From Octopus vulgaris (lineage: Eukaryota), in contig OX597820.1 in assembly GCA_951406725.2 (NCBI GenBank), forward strand, positions 57,474,001 through 57,538,000: DNA of 64,000 bases, read 5' to 3'. Below are positions 54,931 through 64,000 of the stretch, piece by piece (position 1 is the stretch's first letter; every line of letters starts with the position of its first letter). The notes beneath the pieces are model-generated. The model saw only the letters and a program-made list of their open reading frames with translations. It was not told the origin of the DNA and made no database searches. A program made the translations under genes and the position numbers.

Positions 54931-55373
54931 GTGCGTGTTTCTTGGGTTCTCAATGTGTATGTGTGTGTGTGTATGTGTGTTGTGTGTGTGTATACTTGTC
55001 TGCTTACATGTATGCATACATGTACACACACATAATGGCAATTGAATAATCAAGTGGGTACTAGCGCACCTTTACTTTCCCTCTTCCTCCCTCTCTCCCT
55101 CTTTCCCTCCCTCTTTCTTCCTCCCCTTCACTCTCCCTCCATCCCTCTCTCTTCTTTCCTCCCTCTATCACCTCCCTCCTTCCCCTCTCGTACGCCTACA
55201 CATACATACACGCACATACACACACCTACACACACACTCACACACACTCACACACACGCACACACACACACAGACGCACATACAGACGCACACACGCACG
55301 CACACACACTCACACACTCACACTCACACACACACTCTAAAAGCATTCAAGATGTACACCAATACACAGATAA

Positions 55374-55758
55374 TCTCTCTATATATAAACGGCAGTTTGT
55401 CTGTGCGTGTTTCTGTGTGTCTGTTAGGTTGTACCCTCACCCTGACCACAGCTTTCAACCGATTCTGATGAAACTTGACACACACATAGCCCAATGTCAT
55501 AATTCAAAACTAACGCAGCGAAAATTTTGAAAAGTTCCCCCAGTTCTGAAAAAAATCGATAAATTCGACATGGGGTCGAGAATCAGAAACACAAACCGCA
55601 AACTGTCTAGGGGACGCAACTCCACCTTTTTTTACTCTCAAAAAAAAATTTACCATCATTTTTTTCCATTTTTTTGCTATTTTTTGGCTATAACTCTCTA
55701 AAAATGCTTTATAGTTATTTCCATTACAAACCTGAGCAACGCCGGGCGATACTGCTAG
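55374..55758 (+). mobile_element. Non-autonomous Helitron
   Basis: a|TCTCTCTATATATAAA...gagcaacgccgggcgatactgCTAG|t. Confidence 0.85.
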
Positions 55759-55991
55759 TATAAAATAAACGAGACGTGCGACGACAAAAGCGTCTTCCAG
55801 AATTTCTACAGAGAAATTAAATAATGACTGTGGGCATTCTGTTTAAATAAACGTATTATAACTAATAATACATGACGTCATTGTGCCATGAAACCATCCT
55901 GAGTCCAGTTCCTTCATTTAAGAGAATGGGCCACATCGTTGTGAGTTATTGTTGCTAAGCCTTGTGTGTGTGTGTATGTGTGTGTATGTGT

Positions 55992-56052
<61 letters not shown>

Positions 56053-56077
56053 GGTGTGTGTTGGTGTTTGGTCGTGT

Positions 56078-56190
56078 TTAGTCTGGGACCTCATCCTCGA
56101 CCTTGCCGTCATGGATGGCCGACCAGGATTCTAAGACTCCGGACAGCATCACCCTCGGAATCATTGGAGCACACAAGGGACGACCATCGG
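56078..56190 (-). mobile_element. Possible RTE-clade 5' UTR fragment
   Basis: Minus cttgtgtgctccaatgattccgagggtgatgctgtcc...cctggtcggccatccatgacggcaagg resembles RTE/Expander 5' UTRs, from memory. Confidence 0.4.
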
Positions 56191-56191
56191 A

Positions 56192-56272
<81 letters not shown>

Positions 56273-56559
56273 GAATTTGAAAATGCGTGAGGATTCGTTT
56301 AGATTTTCTTATTGGAAAAATTCTTAAAGACTTTGCCGGTTTCACACATTTCTCCGATTTTCAAAAGTCGAGAGAGGAAGACGTGGAGCTATGCTGCAAC
56401 TGTCTTGCAGTATTGCTCCACGTTTTTTTATCTTAACTTTTGAAAATCAGAGAATCATGATAGGGTATATTTTTTTTTACTAGTGTGTCAGGGACGGTGA
56501 TGGAGTAAGAGTTATTGAGATAGTGATGACCTATCTTATAGTTAGTCGTCATCAGCATC

Positions 56560-58200
56560 TATTTGAGGGGTAATGAACTCATCTAAAATTGTTTGATGTT
56601 TATGGTGCATCATCTTTGTACAGCTCAGAATAGGAAATGAGTACTTTGTAAAACTCTATGTGTATCTTTATTATCGTCATATTTCGTGTTGTTACCAGTA
56701 AAAACTTCCTGGCCTTCTTCAACAAGTGCCAAACGTTTAGCCATACTCTTTGCAGTCAATGTAAGTGGAGTTGGTGGAATTCCTATGTTCTCAGCTTGCT
56801 TTCGTCCCAACTGCATCAAATCCTCGTTAAATCGATTTTCTTAATGGGACACTAACAACTCAACTGCGTCATCCTATACATCTTGTTGAAACTCTTCATC
56901 ATTTGCAAATGTTACAATATTTTACTCAATTTGATGCAGACTTTCTGCTTGTGGAAGATTTGTAGTCATGGATACAGTTTGACCATATATTTTTTCAAAT
57001 ACCATTCAAAATTGTAGATTTTACTTTATCCGTGACTCAACAATGTTATCCGCAATATCCATTATGTTGAGCTTCGTCCGGAAGTCTCTAACTTTAGGTT
57101 TTATCCTTCCTATCAATTGATCTCTTTAATTGTTTGAAAGTTCTCAGATAATATGCCTGGGAGCTAGTTATCACACATTGATCCATTGGCTGGAGCAATG
57201 AAGTTATATTCTTGGAGATATGCTCTACTTTCACATTATCAAAAAGCTCATTTAAGTTTACTACATGACCAGGTGTGGAAGCACATGGCCTAGCGGTTAG
57301 AGCAGCGGACTCGCGGTCGAGGGATCGCGGGTTCGAAGCTCAGACCGGCGATGTATGTGTTTATAAGCGAAACACCTAAGCTCCACGCGGCTCCGGCAGA
57401 AGGTAATGGCGAACATCTGCTGACTCTTTCGCCACAACTTTCTCTCACTCTTTCCTCCTGCATCTTGCAGCTCACTGGTGTCCCATCCAGGTGGAGAACC
57501 TATACGCCAAGAAAATCGGGAAACCGGCCCTTATGAGTCAGGCGTGGCTCGAGAAGGAACAAACAAAAAAACAACAACGTGACTAGGTGCATTGCCTAAA
57601 AGGAGCAATGCTTTGTTGGAAATATCTGGCACTGTACCTTTCTATATCACGACAAAAATGTTTGTGAACCACTCTTTAAAAAGTGTCTTAGTCATCCATG
57701 TCTTTGTATTTGAATGCCAAACCAGAGGCAGGTTAAATTTTCGTAACCCTTGAAAACCCTTGTACTTTTAGCGTCATGTACGAGTGGAGATTTTAATTTC
57801 ATATCACTAGTGATATTTCCTCGAAGTATGATTTTTGAAAACTTTAAATCCTGGTATTGAAATAAAAGCTCTCTCGGGCATGCGCTACAAGAAAAGTACA
57901 GTTTCCTAAACATTGTATATATTAGCTTATATTTTGTATATTCATCAATAATTATTTTTACCTACTCAGATAATTAGTTATAGTCTTTGTATCAACATTG
58001 GTGGCTTCACTAGTAATTTCTAGGTTGTGCAAATTCTAGCGTTTCTTAAATCTCTTAAACCAGCCTTTACTATACGGAAAAAAAAGCTTTTCATTAGAGT
58101 CTTTCAATTTTTTGGGGTGTATAAATGTAGTACAATACACTCTCTTACCATAAAACTGAAGATCGCAGTGTCATGAAACTCGAATCACGAAATAAACTTT
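56560..58200 (-). mobile_element. Degenerate pogo/Tigger transposase remnant interrupted by a SINE
   Basis: SLLQPMDQ motif at about 57180-57205 and GWFKRFKKR (HTH CENP-B-like) at about 58040-58070. Related fragments at 60185-60290 and 61920-62330. Confidence 0.65.
57274..57578 (+). mobile_element. SINE family A, full length
   Basis: Close match to the 17652-17948 copy. Confidence 0.9.
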
Positions 58201-58258
58201 CAGATTGATTCAGTTTCAATATAAGAAAATCATATCCTCTAAATATATATATTGAGCA

Positions 58259-58334
<76 letters not shown>

Positions 58335-58413
58335 GTCTGACATAAATCAACAGATGTACGTGACCAGCGATGTGTAGCAACATCTGATAGCCTGGTCGGT
58401 CACGGTGATCACG

Positions 58414-58457
<44 letters not shown>

Positions 58458-58458
<1 letters not shown>

Positions 58459-59581
58459 TAGCATTAAAGACCCGTCGTTGCCGGGTCATAGTACTAGTGC
58501 ATGTATATATGTGTATATATATGTGTACATATTACATGTACATCTATATATATACATCTACACATAAAATGCAAAATACAAAGTTATATCTTGATATCAC
58601 TAGTGATAACAATACTCAAAATATATAACAGACTGGAACTGTTAGCCCGTCTCTTGAAATTTCGATCAATTGTATCTTGTCCTCCCTTTTGTATAGAAGT
58701 GTGGCTACAATCCAGCCTACCTCTTCTTCTGGGGAGGGGGTGCATTTTAAATTTTTTTATGGGACGTCCTACGTCTCAGATATAAAGGTAAAAATAAAAT
58801 ATTTCCACTTTGCAAGTTCGAGTTGAGTACTCCCTTGCACGCTCCGTTGACTTGTACCTTGCTTCTATTGTGGAGAATTTATCGCCTCTGATTAGATATC
58901 TTTCATAGTCGCACCAAGAAATTTTTCAAAGGTGCTTTCCTCCATGTGTTCAAATCTTCTTATATATATATATATATACTAGCATTAAAGACCTGTCGTT
59001 GCCGGGTCATAGTACTAGTGCATGTATATATGTGTATATATATGTGTACATATTACATGTACATCTATATATATATACATCTACACTTTATAGACAATAG
59101 TCTTTAATTTAATTTTTTATTATCCATCTGGACTATTCCCTTTTTGCACGCTAATTTTATTTTTAATTTAATTCCCATTCATGTGAAACCACTTATTCAA
59201 GTTCAAATCATTGATGCAATTTTATACCAATTGCTATTTTTACTTATATCATACTTTAGTTTGATTTTAATTATTACTTACTACATATAATTCAATTGTT
59301 ATTATTATTTTTATTGTTAAAGTGAAAGCATCTGACATAAAATAGAGAAATATTTTTGTTTCACTTTTAACACGTAATATTGAAATAGTGGAGAAGATAT
59401 GATATTGCTATGGGCTCGCTCTAGGCAAGAAGTTGAACATTTTTTTTGCCCATGAAACTACGTGGACCCTAAGTAAAGCATGTGTAAAATTTGAATGAAA
59501 TTGGTTGTGGAGTTCTCAAGTTTTAGGGAAACACACAGACAGACAGACACATACACATTCTCAGTTTTATATATATAAAGA
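58458..59581 (-). mobile_element. Helitron-like element(s) with two 3' termini (58458 and 58979)
   Basis: ctagcattaaagacc(c/t)gtcgttgccgggtc hairpin+CTAG occurs twice; TC start at 59581. Confidence 0.75.
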
Positions 59582-60672
59582 TATGTGTGTGTGTGTGTAT
59601 CAAAAAGATGGAGCAAGAAAGTAACAGGCGACAATAAAGCATCCAGACAGATAGATGATAAAAAGACGGAGAAAACATTACACAATTATAAATATGAATA
59701 ACAAGAAAATATCAACGGGTGTCTTTCGAGGAATTAAATTGAGCTGGCGTGTGTGGAATGAAAGTTATGAGGCGGGAACATGAGATGAACATAAGAGATA
59801 GTTGTCAGGAGTCATGAATATAAGAGATGCTTAACGGCCAGCGATCCAGCCAAGAAAGATCATGCTTAGCCGAACATCGGTCACGTGGAAGGAAGGGAGA
59901 GTATAGCAGCGCACGTACACTTTTGCTCACATTATACATATATATTCGCCATGCTTGACCGCCGAAATCTGCAAGTGTTTTTCATTCTCTCTCTGTTTGT
60001 TTCCTCTTATTCCTTTCTGTTGAAGAGCGTAGGCTCGAAATGTAAGAGACTTTTTCGTTTTCCCGAGCGTCAAACTAATAAACTTGCTTGTTGTTCATAC
60101 ACCTGTCTTCGTCTTTTGTTTTCCTATAAATTTCAACTGTGTGTGTGTGTGACAGAGAGTGTGCAGAGAGTGAGAGAGAGGTTTTATCCTGCCTGTCAAT
60201 TGATCTCTTTAATTGTTTGAAAGTTCTCGGATAATATGCCTGGAAGTTAGTTATCATACATTGATCCATTGGCTGGAGCAAAGAAGTTGTGCATGTGTGT
60301 GTGTGTGTGCAGAGAGGGAGAGAGAGAAGGGTACATGCATATAAACCTAGGTACATACATATTTACAAACATAATATATAAAAGAACACAAAGGCGACGT
60401 GCTGTCCGAATCGTTAGCACGCCGGGGAAGATACTTAGCAACATTTCATCCGTTTTTACGCATATGTCTCTACGTTTTGATCTCAAATTCCGCCGAGGCT
60501 GGCTTTGTCTTTCATCCTTTCAGAGTAGATAAACTAACTACCAGTTGAACACTGGCGACAATGTAATTGACTTACCCACTCCTCCGAACTTTTCTGGCGT
60601 TGTGCCAAAATTTGAAACCAATATACATTTGTATTGACTCCTGTAATTTATCGCTTCATGTGAATCAACAGA

Positions 60673-60702
<30 letters not shown>

Positions 60703-60703
<1 letters not shown>

Positions 60704-61137
60704 CTCTTTACTCTTTTGCTCTTTTACTTGTTTCAGTCATTTGACTGAGGCCATGCTGGAGCGCCGCCTTTAGTCGAGCAAATCAACCCCAGGACTAATT
60801 CTTTGTAAGCCTAGTACTTATTCTATCGGTCTCTTTTGTCGAACCGCTAAGTTACGGGGACGTAAACACACCAGCATCGGTTGTCAAATGATGTTGAGGG
60901 GTCAAACACAGACATACAAACATATACACACCCACATACCTATATACATATATACATATATACGACAGGCGTCTTTCAGTTTCCGTCAACCAAATCCACT
61001 CACAATGCTTTGGTCAGCCCGAGGCTATTGTAGACGACACTTGCCCAACGACACTTGCCCAAGATGCCACGCAGTGAGACCGAACCCGGAACCATGTGGT
61101 TCGTAAGCAAACTACTTACCACAGAGCCACTCCTACG

Positions 61138-61141
<4 letters not shown>
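60703..61141 (-). mobile_element. SINE family B, full length
   Basis: Reverse complement of the 53568 copy. Confidence 0.9.
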
Positions 61142-61235
<94 letters not shown>

Positions 61236-62372
61236 GAGAGAGACAGACAGACAGAGGCAGAGATAGTGAATGATGGAGAGAATGGTAAGTATAGAGGGAG
61301 GGAAACAGATAGAGAAGGCGGGAGATGAGCTGTTTAGATAGATATATTTTTACATCGTAATATTACGTTACAAAATTATAGTTTACAATAATGAGTTTTT
61401 CAATGAAAGGGTTACCATATATTTTGGTATTGTTATACACTTAATTGAAGAAAGGAAACAAAAGAAATTTAAAAGGTTTATATTTTTAAACAAGCATGGT
61501 TCTTTGTTCTCATACATTGTTAAATGGGATGTAAAGTAACAAAAGATGGTAGATAAATCATGTTTCTATATTTATGTTCAACTAAAACACAAGGCCAATT
61601 ATTGACGAGAAAGAGAAACAGTGTATTGAATTAGCATAGTATATTGCTGGGGTTTTTTTTGGCTTTTTTTTTTTTCCAATTTATTCTTAGTAATTTAAAG
61701 GGTGCTTCTGCTGACGTGCTGACGTCATAAATTTAAACACGCACCGCAAGGACACGGGAATAACGACTTTTAGATATTTACTCAGGTACTGTAAATTCCT
61801 GCATCATATTATTTTCCGTTTTACCGAAACGCCAACATAGTGTGTGTGGTTAATAACTTGGACAAAATAAAGTGTATTAAATACCAAACAATAAAAAAAA
61901 TTCTTGATTTATTGAAATTATCTCCTTGTCAAGAGGATGTATCGTAATAACCAAATGCTAATTAAAACCTACTTGGGATAATTTGTAGAAACCTTCATAT
62001 CAACACTGGCAGCTTTACTAGTTGTTTTTATGCTGTGCAAATTCTAACGCTTCTTAAACTTTTTAAACCAGCCTTCACTCGCCGGAAAAGGCTTTTCATT
62101 AGATGTGCTCGCCCTCCTTGGGGAGGGGAGATAATCAAAAGAATCAAATATTCTCCAAAACTGATATGTCATTAAGAAAAATGATAGGCTACTTGTCTGG
62201 AGATAAGAAGACAGTTGTTGACACATGTTTCTTGCTCAAAAGCCATCATCAGCACAGCAATTGTTCAGTATTATTTCCAGTAGACATGGGACTTAGAGTT
62301 ATACAAAAAGTGTAGAACACATTCATGGCCTAGGTAATTTGCATAATTTCAATAAAAATGTTGCTGTATCCC

Positions 62373-62569
62373 CTCATTTATTTATTATTTTTTGTGTCTT
62401 CTAAAAATTTCCGTTGCTTTTGCGACCATTTCAATAGACGTCGACTCTGTCCGATATCGAAGCTGTGTAACTTCTGTCACGAATAACGGACAGAAATGAC
62501 ATCCATTGACGAGGGTGCAAAAGCAACGAAAATTTTTGGAAGACACAAAGAAAGTAACTAATAAATGAG
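62373..62569. repeat. Diverged inverted repeat (about 62373-62459 / 62480-62569)
   Basis: tttgtgtcttctaaaaatttccgttgcttttgc pairs with gcaaaagcaacgaaaatttttggaagacacaaa. Confidence 0.8.
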
Positions 62570-62980
62570 TGGAAACTGAACCGGTGAGTGTGTTAAATAT
62601 ATTAAGGCAGTATGGCTCTCCCCAGGCACAACAAAATTTGTTTCAACACACGAATTCACATAAAGAATCTTGCAAACCAGATACCAAAATGAGATAAAAA
62701 TGAACTTAGGGGAAAAGCTCAGAGACGCCAGTAGGTTATCTTTTTCCCGTGTTTGGTTTTTGGGATCTATACTACTGTACGGCACATCGGGCAAGTGGCT
62801 CTCACCCCAGTTTCAGATCGGTCAACGCCCTACGTGAGAAACTAAGTCGACAGAAAACATAAGCCCGTCGTATAGAATTGCGTCATTGTTATTAATCCGT
62901 GCCCCAGTTCAACATCAGTTGCTGGTCCTTAGTTTTTGCCCACTGTTTCGCATACAGTAAACTCTCTTTTATCCGATACT

Positions 62981-63082
<102 letters not shown>

Positions 63083-63148
63083 ATTAATAAATAAAATATA
63101 TGCATACATACATATATGTACGTACCTACATCTATATGTATATATACA

Positions 63149-63202
<54 letters not shown>

Positions 63203-63578
63203 TACAGGACACCACAAATAACCGTAGAACACAACGAGAAACGAAAACATAAAAACAAACTAGGAAACGGACTTTTTTTAACAACGAAAAAACAGAGTAC
63301 AAGACAAACAATACAAGGAATATTCCCCTTCATCAGCTGTCCCTGGTTCGACTCAATGCGTGTTTCGAAGGTAAGGACAGAACACGATCCGGTCGAAGCA
63401 GTCCTTCCTGCAAAAGAATTAAATAAAATTCTTTTGCAGAGGGGTAAAACAAGGAAAGAAAAAAAGTGACAAGAACAGGACGTAAAAACAATACAATAAT
63501 TTTAATATTAATTCTTTTGCAGGAATGTTACATGACTGAGCGCCCTCGCGTCGTTTCGTTTCTTTTCTCCAAGTAAGT

Positions 63579-63659
<81 letters not shown>

Positions 63660-63722
63660 AAATTAACAGAATAAGATAAAAATCCAAGGCTGTGAAAGAT
63701 TTCAGAACATTTATAAAGAGAA

Positions 63723-63772
63723 GGTATTACAGTTGTTTCCAGGATATTTTATATATCCCTTCATCGGAGACC
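63723..63772 (-). ncRNA. Minimal hammerhead-like motif
   Basis: GGTCT-CCGATGA-A-GGGATAT-ataaa-ATATCCT-G-GAAA-CAACTG-TA-ATACC. Confidence 0.55.
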
Positions 63773-63810
63773 GTGCGAGAAAATGGTTAAGCAATAGTTA
63801 TTCTATATTC

Positions 63811-63845
<35 letters not shown>

Positions 63846-64000
63846 ATACGTATGTATGCATGTATGTATGTATGTATGTATGTATACATTTCTATTTTTA
63901 AAACCAACGGTGGTACCCCGGAATGACCGCAACTTTAAAGCTGAAGCAAACTTAAGAGTTATACATATATCATTCAACCACGGTCGTGGTTGAATATATT

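Overview
Eukaryotic, AT-rich, microsatellite-saturated non-coding DNA (intron or intergenic). The SINE families and repeat style strongly suggest an octopus (coleoid cephalopod) genome; this is inferred from recalled repeat families, not from a search. I found no intact host gene, and almost all ORF-track entries are (TA)n/(CA)n/(TATG)n artefacts. The window is a transposon graveyard: one young 5'-truncated Penelope-like element (RT + GIY-YIG) with an inverted pLTR, older Penelope remnants, LINE 3' fragments (CR1/L2-like, HERO-like, R4/Dong-like, Tx1-like), mariner, maT-like and Tigger remnants, non-autonomous Helitrons, MITEs and at least three SINE families. The most interesting hidden signal is about a dozen minimal hammerhead-ribozyme (HHR) motifs with palindromic stem III. 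Several sit in short ORF-less foldback elements that copy the Penelope 'pLTR + inverted pLTR + extension' architecture next to TA repeats. One family carries the non-canonical core CUGUNGA in all three copies. HHRs in Penelope pLTRs are known; activity and novelty of these variants are untested. Coordinates were read by eye and may be off by a few bases.
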